From an uncultured Synechococcus sp. (lineage in GTDB: Bacteria > Cyanobacteriota > Cyanobacteriia > PCC-6307 > Cyanobiaceae): a DNA stretch of 56,113 nt. The position numbers were made by a program, and so were the translations under genes. The notes under the pieces were generated by a model. The model worked only from the letters and a program-made list of their open reading frames with translations, did not search any database and had not been told where the DNA came from. Below are positions 43,783 through 55,895 of this stretch, in pieces (the stretch's first letter is position 1; every line of letters starts with the position of its first letter). The DNA lies in the NCBI GenBank assembly GCA_913061215.1, contig CAJXSQ010000001.1:1-56113 (forward strand), in the 5' to 3' direction.

Positions 43783-44290
43783 GGCCGCCCTCACGGCGGC
43801 GCTGGTCTCCAGCGGTGTTGCTGGCGGCAGCGTGCAGGCCAACACCGGCTGGCAGCAGGGTGTGTTTCCCGTGGCCGTGTTCTCGAGCTACACCAGCCAT
43901 TTCGGCCTGCGCAGCGGCCCCGCAGGCGTGGCCGAACCCCACCACGGCATCGACATCGCCGCACCGCTGGGATCACCGATCCGCAACTGGTGGGGGGGAG
44001 TGGTGAAGGAACTGATCAACGACAACCGCTGCGGTGTGGGGCTGGTGATCCAGTCCGGCGGCTATGAGCACATTTATTGCCACCTGGCAGGATCCGTGCA
44101 GGGGGGTGCGTACCGCAGCGGCAGCGTGGTGCTCCAGGGGGGCAGCCGGGTGCGCAGCGGCCAGCTGATCGGCCACGTGGGCATGAGTGGCCGCAGCAGT
44201 GGTCCCCACCTGCACTGGGGTGTGCGCTACCGCGGACGCTGGCTGGATCCTGCAGCGATCCTGCGCGCCATGGCCGCTGCCAGACCTTAG
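43751..44290 (+). CDS. M23 family metallopeptidase
   Basis: [20 protein letters not shown]; N-terminal signal-like segment; start overlaps the hemH end and is uncertain. Confidence 0.85.
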   Translation: MARFTPWDCCKAALTAALVSSGVAGGSVQANTGWQQGVFPVAVFSSYTSHFGLRSGPAGVAEPHHGIDIAAPLGSPIRNWWGGVVKELINDNRCGVGLVIQSGGYEHIYCHLAGSVQGGAYRSGSVVLQGGSRVRSGQLIGHVGMSGRSSGPHLHWGVRYRGRWLDPAAILRAMAAARP

Positions 44291-44325
44291 TGTTGGGTCA
44301 ATCTCGAGAGCCGCACGTCGCCGTC

Positions 44326-46179
44326 GTGACCGTTACGTCCGTATCGCCAACGGCCGCCGCCGCCGAGCAATCCTTCCCCCAGCGGGTGAATGGCGGCTAC
44401 GCCCTGATGGATGCTCTGCGCCGCCACGGTGTGGAGCACATCTTCGGCTATCCGGGCGGGGCGATCCTGCCGATCTACGACGAACTGCACAAGGCTGAAA
44501 GCCGCGGCTGGCTCAAGCACACCCTGGTGCGCCATGAGCAGGGCGGCACCCACGCCGCCGACGCCTATGCCCGCGCCACCGGCAAGGTGGGCGTGTGCTT
44601 CGGCACCTCCGGTCCCGGCGCCACCAACCTGGTGACCGGCATCGCCACCGCCCACATGGACTCGGTGCCGATGGTGGTGATCACCGGGCAGGTGCCCCGC
44701 GCCGCGATCGGCACGGATGCCTTCCAGGAAACCGACATCTTCGGCATCACCCTGCCGATCGTGAAGCACTCCTGGGTGGTGCGCGACCCCCGCGACATCG
44801 GCCGGATCGTGGCCGAAGCCTTCCTGATCGCCGCCAGCGGCCGGCCCGGCCCGGTGCTGATCGATGTGCCCAAGGATGTGGGCGTTGAGGAATTCGACTA
44901 CACCCCGGTGGAGCCCGGCAGTGCCAAGCCGGCGGGCTTCCAGCTGCCGCGCCCTCCGCAGCACCAGGCGATCGAGGATGCCCTCAGCCTGATCCGCCAG
45001 GCACGTCGCCCGCTCCTCTATGTGGGTGGTGGAGCGATCAGCTGCGGCGCCCACGAGCAGGTGCATCAGCTGGCCGAACGCTTCCGCCTGCCGGTGACCA
45101 CCACGCTGATGGGCAAGGGCGCCTTTGATGAACAGCACCCCCTGGCCGTGGGCATGCTCGGCATGCACGGCACCGCCTACGCCAACTTCGCCGTTACCGA
45201 GTGCGATCTGCTGATCGCCGCCGGCGCCCGTTTCGACGACCGTGTGACCGGCCGGCTCGATGGCTTCGCGCCCCGCGCCCAGGTGATCCATATCGACATC
45301 GATGCGGCCGAGCTGGGCAAGACCCGCACCCCCGATGTGCCGGTGGTGAGCGATGTGAAGCTGGCGCTCGAGGCGATGCTGGCCGCCTCCGCCGGAGAAG
45401 ACTCCGCCGGCCGCACCGAAGCCTGGCTGGAGCGGATCGACAGCTGGAAGCAGCACTATCCGCTGGTGGTGCCCGCACCCGAAGGTGAGATCGCCCCCCA
45501 GGAGGTGGTGGCTCTGCTGCAGGAGCTGGCTCCCAAGGCCTATGTGACCACCGATGTGGGCCAGCACCAGATGTGGGCCGCCCAGTTCCTGCACACCGGC
45601 CCGCGCCGCTGGATCAGCTCCGCCGGCCTGGGCACGATGGGCTTCGGCATGCCCGCCGCCATGGGCGTGCAGACCGCCTTCCCCGATGAGCAGGTGATCT
45701 GCGTGGCGGGCGACGCCAGCATCCTGATGAACATCCAGGAGCTGGGCACCCTCAACCAGTACAACCTGCCGGTGAAGGTGGTGGTGCTCAACAACGGCTG
45801 GCAGGGCATGGTGCGCCAGTGGCAGGAGAGCTTCTACGGCGAGCGCTACTCCGCCTCGGAGATGACCGGCGGTATGCCCGATTTCCCGATGGTGGCCCAG
45901 GGCTTCGGCGTGAAGGGTGTGCGCATCAGCGAGCGCTCCGAGCTGCGCCAGCAGCTGAGCGAGGCCCTGGCCCATCCCGGCCCGGCCTTCATCGAGGTGC
46001 TGGTGCGCCGCAACGAGAACTGCTATCCGATGGTGCCCCCCGGTGCCAGCAACGCCCAGATGGTGGGCCTGCCCTCCCATCCGGAACTGGCGATCGACAC
46101 CAGCCGCGACTGCCACAGCTGCGGCCACACCACCGGCAGCTCCAGCCTCTACTGCCCCAACTGCGGCACGAAGCTCTGA
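44326..46179 (+). CDS. ilvB: Acetolactate synthase large subunit
   Basis: [37 protein letters not shown]..(x)..NN TPP motif, MVRQWQ. Confidence 0.96.
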   Translation: MTVTSVSPTAAAAEQSFPQRVNGGYALMDALRRHGVEHIFGYPGGAILPIYDELHKAESRGWLKHTLVRHEQGGTHAADAYARATGKVGVCFGTSGPGATNLVTGIATAHMDSVPMVVITGQVPRAAIGTDAFQETDIFGITLPIVKHSWVVRDPRDIGRIVAEAFLIAASGRPGPVLIDVPKDVGVEEFDYTPVEPGSAKPAGFQLPRPPQHQAIEDALSLIRQARRPLLYVGGGAISCGAHEQVHQLAERFRLPVTTTLMGKGAFDEQHPLAVGMLGMHGTAYANFAVTECDLLIAAGARFDDRVTGRLDGFAPRAQVIHIDIDAAELGKTRTPDVPVVSDVKLALEAMLAASAGEDSAGRTEAWLERIDSWKQHYPLVVPAPEGEIAPQEVVALLQELAPKAYVTTDVGQHQMWAAQFLHTGPRRWISSAGLGTMGFGMPAAMGVQTAFPDEQVICVAGDASILMNIQELGTLNQYNLPVKVVVLNNGWQGMVRQWQESFYGERYSASEMTGGMPDFPMVAQGFGVKGVRISERSELRQQLSEALAHPGPAFIEVLVRRNENCYPMVPPGASNAQMVGLPSHPELAIDTSRDCHSCGHTTGSSSLYCPNCGTKL

Positions 46180-46538
46180 TGCTGAGCCGGTTGTTGGCTC
46201 TGCTGATCGCGGCCCTGGTGCTGCTGCCCGCCCAGGCAGCCCGGGCAGCCGAGGTGCTGCAGGTGCGCAGCGGCAATCTGCTGCAGGTGGGCGATCACAA
46301 CCGCACCTACACGGTGGAGCTGGCCTGTGTGGCCCTGCCGGCGGGAGGCGATCAGGCCGCCGCCGACTGGTTGCGCACTGCACTGCCCCGCCGCACCAAG
46401 GTGAATCTGCGCCCTGTGGGCAACAGCCAGGGCGTGCTGCTGGCCCGGGTGCAGAGGCTGGGTGGCGATCCAGCAACCGCCGATCTTGGCCAGGGGCTGG
46501 TGGCGGCGGGTCTGGCCACCGCCGAACCGGGTTGCTGA
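46179..46538 (+). CDS. Secreted thermonuclease (SNase)-like protein
   Basis: Signal peptide ending ARA; AEVLQV..L.VGD.NRTY.V.LACV, LARV, LVAAGLA; TGATG coupling. Confidence 0.65.
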   Translation: MLSRLLALLIAALVLLPAQAARAAEVLQVRSGNLLQVGDHNRTYTVELACVALPAGGDQAAADWLRTALPRRTKVNLRPVGNSQGVLLARVQRLGGDPATADLGQGLVAAGLATAEPGC

Positions 46539-46544
46539 ACAGCG

Positions 46545-46751
46545 ATGAGCATCAACCGCACCGCCAAAGGCATCGTGCTGGTGCCCTGCCTGCTGCTCGG
46601 CTCCGCCTTTCTGGCGGCGGCCGTGTGGGGCGATGAGGCTGCCGCCGCCAACCAACGCCTGGCACTGGTGCTCGGAGGCGTGTTGATGGGTGGCGGCCTG
46701 CTGGCCCAGCTGCTGCCGGAGGGACAGGCAGACGGACCGAGCGGGGACTGA
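46545..46751 (+). CDS. Small two-TM GIVxVP-motif protein
   Basis: NRTAKGIVLVPCLLLG and two hydrophobic helices. Confidence 0.75.
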   Translation: MSINRTAKGIVLVPCLLLGSAFLAAAVWGDEAAAANQRLALVLGGVLMGGGLLAQLLPEGQADGPSGD

Positions 46752-46754
46752 CGC

Positions 46755-47507
46755 TCAGCTGCCCGGCTTGGTCTTCGATTCGTTCTCCTTCACCAGCCGG
46801 AAGTATTCGGGGGTGGGGAAGATGGTGAAGGAATCCTCCGGAGCCTTGATGATCTCCCGCAGCACAGCCGTGAGGTCCGCCACCTGGGGCTTGAGCTTCT
46901 GACGCTCGGCCGGAGGCAGCTTGCCGAGCGCGTTCTCCAGGTTTTCGTAGCTGAAGAAGAACACCCCGCGCGGACCTTCAGGGGTCTTGATCGTGAGGAA
47001 CGGCTTGGTGAAGAACACCGGCACGTTCAACCCCTCCTGGATCTGCTTCTCGGTGAGGCCCTGCTCCTTGAGGATCTTCATCGCCTGAGCGCGGTCACCG
47101 TCGTTGGTCACGATCGGCGCCACCAGTGGCTTGCTCTTGTCCTTGAGCTGTTGGTTGAGTTCCACCACCTTTTCGTTCATCACGTTGAGGGGAACCGCCA
47201 CAACACCCGCTTTGAGCTCGGGATTGCTTTTGTTCAGCGCCGCCAGCTGCGCATTGGCCTTGGCACTCTCCAGATACAGAGGCAGCACCAGCTGCTTCTC
47301 CTGGGGGATCGGCAATGGCACACCGTTGGAGTCGGTGATCACGAACACCGGCACCACCTGAAGCTTCTTGATCGCCTCAGCCTCGGGAATGGCCTGAGCC
47401 GGCGCCGGCAGCAGCGAAAGGCCGCCCCACACCATGCCAGCGCTCAGCACAACGGAGCCGACGCGGCGGCCCAGGCGGTGGCGCATGGCGTTGAGGCGTG
47501 ACTGCAT
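46755..47507 (-). CDS. Tic22-family periplasmic chaperone
   Basis: Signal peptide; KL..VPVFVITD..G.P, VPVF, FFFS.E; strong expressed-gene codon bias. Confidence 0.82.
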   Translation of the reverse strand: MQSRLNAMRHRLGRRVGSVVLSAGMVWGGLSLLPAPAQAIPEAEAIKKLQVVPVFVITDSNGVPLPIPQEKQLVLPLYLESAKANAQLAALNKSNPELKAGVVAVPLNVMNEKVVELNQQLKDKSKPLVAPIVTNDGDRAQAMKILKEQGLTEKQIQEGLNVPVFFTKPFLTIKTPEGPRGVFFFSYENLENALGKLPPAERQKLKPQVADLTAVLREIIKAPEDSFTIFPTPEYFRLVKENESKTKPGS

Positions 47508-47580
47508 GCGATCAACTGTTGAAAGGCTGAGCCTAGTCAGAGAAATCCGCCTAGCTTTCCCAGGCTGGACGGTGCCGGCC

Positions 47581-48780
47581 ATGACCACTGCAGAACAGCC
47601 TCCGGCTGCCCGCTCACCCCGTTCTCGGCAGCCGGCGGCCAGGCCTGCAGCCCCAGCTCCCGCTGGCTGGCGCAGCTGGCTGATCAGCGGCGTTGGCCTG
47701 GGCGCCGTTCTGCTGGGCAGCCAGACCCTGGCCGCCAGTTCCCCGCTGCGCAGCGATGTGCGGCTGCTCCTGCCCAGCGAAGGCCTGCTGGCTGGCCTTG
47801 GCGATGGCCTGCGCCGTGGCTACAACCTGGCGATGGAGGACGCACGCCGCTGCGGCGCGCTGCCCCCCAGCCTGCAACTGGGCTGGCTGCCGCCCGGCGC
47901 CGACCCGCAGGCACCGCTGCTGGACGCGCCCCGCAGCGCTCTGCTGATCGCTCCACCGGCTGCCCCCTTACCGGCCTACGGCCAGCTCGCACAGCAGCTG
48001 CGCCTGCAGGTGCTGCTGCCCCTGCAACGGGGCCAGTCGCTGGAGGGACTGCCGCAGCTGCGCGGATCCGACCGGCTCTGGCCGCTGCTGCCGGGCCGCA
48101 GCCTGGAGGTGGATCGCCTCGTGAAGGCCCTGCGCCAGGAGAAGATCCGGCGGGTGATGGTGGTGCGCGACCGCAGCACCGAAAGCCGCAGCCTCACCGA
48201 GCGCTTCGTGGCGGGGTTTGCCAATGCCGGTGGCGTGGTGATCGGTCCGGGTTCGGCGCCGATGGTGGTGTCCGGTGACGACACCGCGGCCATGCGGCAG
48301 CTGGAGAACGAGGCGGACTGGTATCGCCCGCCGGCGCTGGTGGTGATTGGCGAGCCGGGTGGTTCGCTGCAGCAAGCGGTGCGTGAGGCCCAGTGGCCTC
48401 CAACCCTGACGCTGGCGTGGACGGCACCGGTGAGAGAGGAGCTGGCCGTGGAGCAGATCGGCGTGAAGCCCCAGAGCCGCGGCCCCGGTTGGGCCGGCTT
48501 TGCCGAGCGTTTCCAACGGCGCTGGGGCTATGAGCCGGGTGTGGTGGAGAGCGCCGGCTACGACAGCGGCCTGATGGCCGCACTGGCTTCGGTGCCCGCC
48601 GGCGGGCGCCGGGGCTGGGATCTGAGCTGGTTCAACGCCAAAGCCCGCCCGCAACCGCTCTGCACCGCCCTGCGACAGCGCGCCGCGGGGGCGAAGGTGC
48701 GGCCTGAGGCCGCCAGCAGTGCCTTCGATCTGAGCCCGGGCGTGCCGCCCACCGCAACCCTGCAACTGAGCCGTGGCTGA
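47581..48780 (+). CDS. Periplasmic-binding-protein type 1 fold protein (LivJ/LppC-like)
   Basis: TM/signal then LLLPSEG..LG..LRRGY.LA; FAERFQRRWG.EP...SAGYD. Confidence 0.65.
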   Translation: MTTAEQPPAARSPRSRQPAARPAAPAPAGWRSWLISGVGLGAVLLGSQTLAASSPLRSDVRLLLPSEGLLAGLGDGLRRGYNLAMEDARRCGALPPSLQLGWLPPGADPQAPLLDAPRSALLIAPPAAPLPAYGQLAQQLRLQVLLPLQRGQSLEGLPQLRGSDRLWPLLPGRSLEVDRLVKALRQEKIRRVMVVRDRSTESRSLTERFVAGFANAGGVVIGPGSAPMVVSGDDTAAMRQLENEADWYRPPALVVIGEPGGSLQQAVREAQWPPTLTLAWTAPVREELAVEQIGVKPQSRGPGWAGFAERFQRRWGYEPGVVESAGYDSGLMAALASVPAGGRRGWDLSWFNAKARPQPLCTALRQRAAGAKVRPEAASSAFDLSPGVPPTATLQLSRG

Positions 48781-51163
48781 TCTGGTCCTGCCGCTCGAGG
48801 CCGTTGGGCTCGAAGCCATCCCTGAGGTGGGGGGCAAGAACGCCTCCCTCGGCGAGATGATCCGCGAGCTGAGCGCCGAGGGCGTGCAGGTGCCCGGCGG
48901 CTTCGCCACCACCGCCGCGGCTTACCGCCACTTCATCCAGGCCGGTGGTCTGCAGCAGCAGCTGCACGCCATCCTCGATGGGCTCGACGGCCACGCCATC
49001 GCCGAACTGCAGGCCGCAGGTGCCGCGGCCCGGGCCCTGCTGCTGGGGGCTCCGCTACCGGGCGATCTGCAGGAGGCGATCCTGGCGGCCTACCGCGCTC
49101 TGGGATCACCGCCGGTGGCCGTGCGCTCCAGTGCCACCGCGGAAGACCTGCCCGATGCCTCCTTCGCCGGCCAGCAGGAGACGTATCTCAACGTGCGCGG
49201 CGAGCAGGAGCTGCTGGCGGCCTGCCGGCGCTGCTTCGCCTCGCTGTTCACCGACCGGGCCATCTCCTACCGGCAACTCAACGGCTTCGATCATTTCGAG
49301 GTGGCGCTCTCCATCGGCGTGCAGCGGATGGTGCGCTCCGATCTGGCCTGCTCCGGTGTGATGTTCAGCATCGACACCGAAACCGGCTTCCGCAACGCCG
49401 TGCTGCTCACCGCCGCCTATGGGCTGGGCGAAAACGTGGTGCAGGGAGCGGTGAACCCCGATGAATACCTGATCTTCAAGCCCACCCTGGAGCAGGGCTT
49501 TGCGCCGATCGTGAGCCAACGGCTCGGCAGCAAGGCGATCCGCATGGTGTACGGCGAGCACGGCTCCACCCGCAATGAACCCGTGCCGGCGGCCGAGCGC
49601 AGCCGCTACGCCCTCAGCCAGGCCGAGGCGCTGCAGCTGGCCCGCTGGGCCTGCCGGATCGAGCGGCACTACAGCGAGCGCCGCGGCCAACCCACGCCGA
49701 TGGACATCGAATGGGCCAAGGACGGCGAGAGCGGTGAGCTGTTCATCCTTCAGGCGCGGCCGGAAACGGTGGAATCCCGGCGCAGCGCCACGCTGCTGCG
49801 CAGCTGGCAGCTCGAACCCCACAACGCCGAGCTGCTCTGCACCGGCCGGGCAATCGGCGCCTCGGTGAGCAGCGGCCGGGCCCGCATCCTGCGCCACCCC
49901 TCGGAAATCCAGCGCTTTGAGCCCGGCGATCTGCTGGTGACCGAACGCACCGACCCCGACTGGGAGCCGATCCTCAAGCGGGCCAGCGGCGTGATCACCA
50001 ACCAGGGCGGCCGCACCTGCCACGCGGCGATCATCGCCCGCGAGATGGGCATCACGGCGATCGTGGGCGCCGGCGACGCCACCGAACGCATCGCCGATGG
50101 CGACGCGATCACCGCCAGCTGCTGCGAGGGCGATGAAGGGCGTGTGTATCGCGGCGCGCTGCCCTTCCGGATGGACGAGCGCGACATCGGCGAGCTGCCG
50201 CCCACGCGCACGCGCATCCTGATGAACGTGGGCAACCCCGAGGAGGCCTTCAGCCAGGCGGCGATTCCCTGCGATGGCGTTGGGCTGGCGCGGCTGGAGT
50301 TCGTGATCGCCAACCACATCCGCGTGCATCCGATGGCGCTGCTGCAGCCCGATCGGCTCCGCGACCCCGCCGAGCGCCAGGCCATCGCCGCCCTCACCGC
50401 CGGCTACGAGCACCCCGCCGACTACTACGTGGATCTGCTGGCCCAGGGCATGGGCCGGCTCGCCGCCGCCTTCCATCCCAGGCCGGTGATCCTGCGCTTC
50501 TCGGATTTCAAGAGCAACGAATACGCCAAGTTGCTGGGGGGCAGCAGCTTCGAGCCCAGCGAGGAGAACCCGATGATCGGCTGGCGCGGTGCCTCCCGCT
50601 ATTACGCCGAGGGCTTCCGCGAAGCCTTCGCACTCGAGTGCCGGGCCCTCAAGCGGGTGCGGGAGGTGATGGGGCTCACCAACGTGATCCCGATGGTGCC
50701 CTTCTGCCGCACCCCGGAAGAGGGGGATCGGGTGCTGGCTGAGATGGCGCGTGAAGGGCTGGTGCGGGGCGAGAACGGCCTGGAGGTGTATGTGATGTGT
50801 GAGTTGCCGAGCAATGTGATCGCCGCTGAGGCCTTTGCCGAGCGCTTCGATGGCTTCTCGATCGGCTCCAACGACCTCACCCAGCTCACCCTGGGGCTCG
50901 ACCGCGATTCAGCCCTGGTGGCCGATCTGTTTGATGAACGCAATGCCGCAGTGGTGGAGCTGATCCGCATGGCGATCCGCACCGCGAAGCGCTGCGGCCG
51001 CAAGATCGGCATCTGCGGCCAGGCCCCGAGCGATCACCCGGAATTCGCCGAACTGCTGGTGCGCGAAGGCATCGATTCGATCAGCCTCAATCCCGACGCC
51101 GTGCTCAACACCCGCCTGAAGGTGGCTGCGATCGAGGCTGCCAGTTGCTCAGACCCTGCCTAG
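48773..51163 (+). CDS. ppsA: Phosphoenolpyruvate synthase
   Basis: VGGKNASLGEM, AVRSSATAED..ASFAGQQET, DIEWA, GGRTCHAAIIARE (phospho-His), DGFSIGSNDL, ICGQ. Confidence 0.96.
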   Translation: MADLVLPLEAVGLEAIPEVGGKNASLGEMIRELSAEGVQVPGGFATTAAAYRHFIQAGGLQQQLHAILDGLDGHAIAELQAAGAAARALLLGAPLPGDLQEAILAAYRALGSPPVAVRSSATAEDLPDASFAGQQETYLNVRGEQELLAACRRCFASLFTDRAISYRQLNGFDHFEVALSIGVQRMVRSDLACSGVMFSIDTETGFRNAVLLTAAYGLGENVVQGAVNPDEYLIFKPTLEQGFAPIVSQRLGSKAIRMVYGEHGSTRNEPVPAAERSRYALSQAEALQLARWACRIERHYSERRGQPTPMDIEWAKDGESGELFILQARPETVESRRSATLLRSWQLEPHNAELLCTGRAIGASVSSGRARILRHPSEIQRFEPGDLLVTERTDPDWEPILKRASGVITNQGGRTCHAAIIAREMGITAIVGAGDATERIADGDAITASCCEGDEGRVYRGALPFRMDERDIGELPPTRTRILMNVGNPEEAFSQAAIPCDGVGLARLEFVIANHIRVHPMALLQPDRLRDPAERQAIAALTAGYEHPADYYVDLLAQGMGRLAAAFHPRPVILRFSDFKSNEYAKLLGGSSFEPSEENPMIGWRGASRYYAEGFREAFALECRALKRVREVMGLTNVIPMVPFCRTPEEGDRVLAEMAREGLVRGENGLEVYVMCELPSNVIAAEAFAERFDGFSIGSNDLTQLTLGLDRDSALVADLFDERNAAVVELIRMAIRTAKRCGRKIGICGQAPSDHPEFAELLVREGIDSISLNPDAVLNTRLKVAAIEAASCSDPA

Positions 51164-51190
51164 CTTGCGAAGAGACGGCCGGGTCTCACC

Positions 51191-51640
51191 ATGCCGACGC
51201 TGAAGCAGGGCTTCGCCGCGCTTGAACCGGTGTTGCAGCGCCACGGCCATCAGGCTCACGGCCTGATTGAGGTTCTGAATGCGGCCCAACAGCTCTATGG
51301 CCACCTGAGCGAGCCGCTGCTGCGCCACATCGCCCGGCAGCTGCGGCTGCCCTTCAGCCGGGTGCAGGGCACCGCCAGCTTCTACCACCTGTTTCGCTTT
51401 GCCCCGCAGGCGCGCCACAGCTGCCTGGTGTGCACCGGCACCGCTTGCCATGTGCAGGGGGCGGCCCAACTGCTGGCCGAGCTGAGGGCCGCACCTCTGG
51501 CCGAGCTGAGCGTGGAGCTGGGCTCGGTGCGCTGCATCGGCACCTGCAGCGGCGCCCCCCTGGTGGTGGTGGATGGAGCGGTGTGGAACCACGTGGACGC
51601 CAACGCTGTGCTGGCCCGGCTGCGGGAGCTGGAGCGATGA
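51191..51640 (+). CDS. hoxE: Bidirectional hydrogenase diaphorase subunit HoxE
   Basis: LIEVL..AQ..YG.L, SFYHLF, VCTGTAC...RCIGTCSGAP 2Fe-2S ligands. Confidence 0.9.
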   Translation: MPTLKQGFAALEPVLQRHGHQAHGLIEVLNAAQQLYGHLSEPLLRHIARQLRLPFSRVQGTASFYHLFRFAPQARHSCLVCTGTACHVQGAAQLLAELRAAPLAELSVELGSVRCIGTCSGAPLVVVDGAVWNHVDANAVLARLRELER

Positions 51641-53127
51641 GCAGCTGCCTTCGGCTCTGCACGGCCGCCAGCTGCCGCAGCCGCGGTGCCATGGCCCTGC
51701 TGCAAAGCAGCGATCGGCCCGTGAAGGAGGTGGGTTGCCTGGGGCCCTGCAGCGAAGGGCCACTGGCGGCAGAGGGTGCTCAGTTGCTGTCGCTGAAGCC
51801 CGCCGAGGGCGAACCCCTCGCGCCTTCGCTGGGGGCGGCGCTGGCCGGAAGCCGCGCAATCAGCGCCGACGATCCCTTCCTGAAGCTGCAGCGGCGGCTG
51901 GTGCTGGCGCGCTGCGGCGTGGTGGATCCCGGTTGCATCGATGACGCCCTGGCCCAGGGCGCCTACCAACAACTGCAGGCCGTGCTGGCCGCGAACAACC
52001 CCAGCGCAGTGATCGACACCGTACGGCGCAGCGGCCTGCGGGGCCGGGGCGGCGCCGGCTATCCCACCGGGCTGAAGTGGGCCACCGTGGCGGCGATGCC
52101 CAGCGATCAGAAGGTGGTGGTGTGCAACGCCGATGAGGGCGACCCGGGCGCCTTCATGGACCGCACCCTGATGGAAGGCGATCCCCACACGCTGCTGGAG
52201 GGCATGGCGATCGCCGCCTTCGCGGTGGGGGCGGCGCAGGGGTTCATCTACATCAGGGCGGAATACCCCCTGGCGATCGAGCGGCTGCGCAGGGCGATCG
52301 CCGCGGCCGAAGCGCGCGGCTGGCTGGGCACAGCGATCGGCGGGAGCCGTTTCAGCTTCGGGATCGAGCTGCGGGTGGGCGCGGGCGCCTATGTGTGCGG
52401 CGAGGAAACCGCGCTGATCCACTCGATCGAAGGCCGCCGCGGCGTGCCCCGGCCCCGGCCGCCCTATCCGGCCGAGCACGGCGTGTTCGGGCTGCCCACG
52501 CTGATCAACAACGTGGAGACCTTCGGCAACATCCCGCCGCTGCTGCGGCTGGGGGTGGAGGCCTACGGCGCCGGCACCAAGGTGTTCTCACTCACGGGCC
52601 ACGTGCAACGCAGCGGTGTGCTCGAGGTGCCGATGGGCACACCACTGCGCACGATCGTGGAAACGATGGGCGGGGGCGCCCCACCAGGCCGCCAGATCAA
52701 GGCGGTGCAAACGGGCGGGCCCTCCGGAGGCTGCATCCCCGCCAGCGCCCTCAACACACCGGTCGACTACGACTCGCTCAAGGCCCTCGGCACGATCATG
52801 GGCTCGGGCGGGATGGTGGTGATGGATGACACCACCAACATGGTGGACATCGCCGCCTTCTTCATCGCCTTCAGCCGCGAGGAGTCGTGCGGGAAGTGCA
52901 TCCCGTGCCGCTCCGGCACGGTGCAGCTGGAGATGCTGCTGCGCAAACTGCTGGAGCGCCGGGCCAGTGCCGCGGATCTGACGCAGCTGGAAGCGCTCTG
53001 CCACACCGTGGCCGACGCCAGCCTCTGCGGTCTGGGCCAGAGCGCACCCAAGCCAGTGCTCAGCACCCTGCGCCACTTCCGCGGCGACTATCTGGAGCTG
53101 CTGGAGCCGGGGGAGGTGGTGCGATGA
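51637..53127 (+). CDS. hoxF: Diaphorase flavoprotein subunit HoxF
   Basis: GLRGRGGAGYPTG.KW, CNADEGDPG, GAYVCGEETAL, ESCGKCIPCR, CGLG; ATGA coupling. Confidence 0.93.
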   Translation: MSSCLRLCTAASCRSRGAMALLQSSDRPVKEVGCLGPCSEGPLAAEGAQLLSLKPAEGEPLAPSLGAALAGSRAISADDPFLKLQRRLVLARCGVVDPGCIDDALAQGAYQQLQAVLAANNPSAVIDTVRRSGLRGRGGAGYPTGLKWATVAAMPSDQKVVVCNADEGDPGAFMDRTLMEGDPHTLLEGMAIAAFAVGAAQGFIYIRAEYPLAIERLRRAIAAAEARGWLGTAIGGSRFSFGIELRVGAGAYVCGEETALIHSIEGRRGVPRPRPPYPAEHGVFGLPTLINNVETFGNIPPLLRLGVEAYGAGTKVFSLTGHVQRSGVLEVPMGTPLRTIVETMGGGAPPGRQIKAVQTGGPSGGCIPASALNTPVDYDSLKALGTIMGSGGMVVMDDTTNMVDIAAFFIAFSREESCGKCIPCRSGTVQLEMLLRKLLERRASAADLTQLEALCHTVADASLCGLGQSAPKPVLSTLRHFRGDYLELLEPGEVVR

Positions 53128-53855
53128 GCGTCTGCACCCTGCGCATCAACGACCACGACATCGCTGTACCAGCCGGCACAACCTTGCTGCAGGCCGCCCA
53201 GCAGGCGACCATCCCGATCCCCACCCTGTGCTTTCTGGAGGGACTTTCGGCGGTGGCCGCCTGCCGGCTCTGCCTGGTGGAGGTGAGCGGCGCCGATGGG
53301 CGCGAGGAGCCGCGCCTGCTGGCCGCCTGCGTGACGGCCGCCACCGAAGGGATGCGCGTTCAGACCCACACACCACGGCTGCAGGAGATCCGCCGCACGG
53401 TGATCGAACTGCTGTTCACCGAAGGCAACCACGTGTGCGCCATCTGCGTGGCCAACGGCCACTGCGAACTGCAGAACCTGGCGGTGGAGGTGGGCATGGA
53501 CCACAGCCGCCTGCCCTACCGCTTCCCCGAACGCCACGTGGATCTCTCCCATCCGCAGTACGGGCTCGATCACAACCGCTGCATCCTCTGCACCCGCTGC
53601 GTGCGGGTGTGCGACGAGGTGGAGGGCGCCCACGTGTGGGATGTGGGCTGGCGCGGTGAGCACTGCCAGATCATCAGCGGCCTCCACGAACCCTGGGGGG
53701 ATGTGCAGGCCTGCACCCATTGCGGCAAGTGCGTGGATGTGTGTCCCACCGGCGCCCTGTTTCACAAGGTGGACACCAGCTCCGAGAAACACGGCCACCC
53801 CGAACGGCTGCAACGCCTGATGCACGCCCGCACCCATCAGCAATGGACGCCATGA
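53124..53855 (+). CDS. hoxU: Diaphorase Fe-S subunit HoxU
   Basis: [39 protein letters not shown]...CP. Confidence 0.93.
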   Translation: MSVCTLRINDHDIAVPAGTTLLQAAQQATIPIPTLCFLEGLSAVAACRLCLVEVSGADGREEPRLLAACVTAATEGMRVQTHTPRLQEIRRTVIELLFTEGNHVCAICVANGHCELQNLAVEVGMDHSRLPYRFPERHVDLSHPQYGLDHNRCILCTRCVRVCDEVEGAHVWDVGWRGEHCQIISGLHEPWGDVQACTHCGKCVDVCPTGALFHKVDTSSEKHGHPERLQRLMHARTHQQWTP

Positions 53856-54415
53856 GCACCAACACCCCCCGCAAAACCAGGCTGGCGACCGTGTGGCTGG
53901 CGGGCTGCTCCGGCTGCCACATGTCGTTCCTCGATCTCGACGAATGGCTGCTGGAGCTCGCCGAGCAGGCCGACATCGTCTACAGCCCGGTGGGATCCGA
54001 TGCGAAGACCTACCCCGCAGATGTGGACATCGCCCTGGTGGAGGGAGGCGTGGCCAATGCCGACAACCTGGAGCTGCTTCTGCAGGTGCGCGCCAACACC
54101 CGCACGCTGGTGAGTTTCGGCGACTGCGCCATCACCGCCAACATCCCGGGCATGCGCAACATGCTGCGCGGCAGCGATCCGGTGCTGCGCCGGGCCTACC
54201 TGGAGCTGGCCGATGGCAGCGGCCAGCTGCCCCATGCACCCGGCATCGTGCCGGAACTGCTGGAGCGGGTGCTGCCGGTGCATGAGCTGGTGCCGGTGGA
54301 GGTGTATCTGCCGGGCTGCCCGCCGCCGGCCGAGCGCATCCGCGCCGCTCTGGAGCCGTTGCTGCACGGCGAGCGGCCGCAGCTGAGCGGCAGCGATCAG
54401 ATCCGCTTCGGCTGA
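53852..54415 (+). CDS. hoxY: [NiFe]-hydrogenase small subunit HoxY
   Basis: [25 protein letters not shown]. Confidence 0.93.
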   Translation: MSTNTPRKTRLATVWLAGCSGCHMSFLDLDEWLLELAEQADIVYSPVGSDAKTYPADVDIALVEGGVANADNLELLLQVRANTRTLVSFGDCAITANIPGMRNMLRGSDPVLRRAYLELADGSGQLPHAPGIVPELLERVLPVHELVPVEVYLPGCPPPAERIRAALEPLLHGERPQLSGSDQIRFG

Positions 54416-54422
54416 GAAACCC

Positions 54423-55894
<1,472 letters not shown>

Positions 55895-55895
<1 letters not shown>

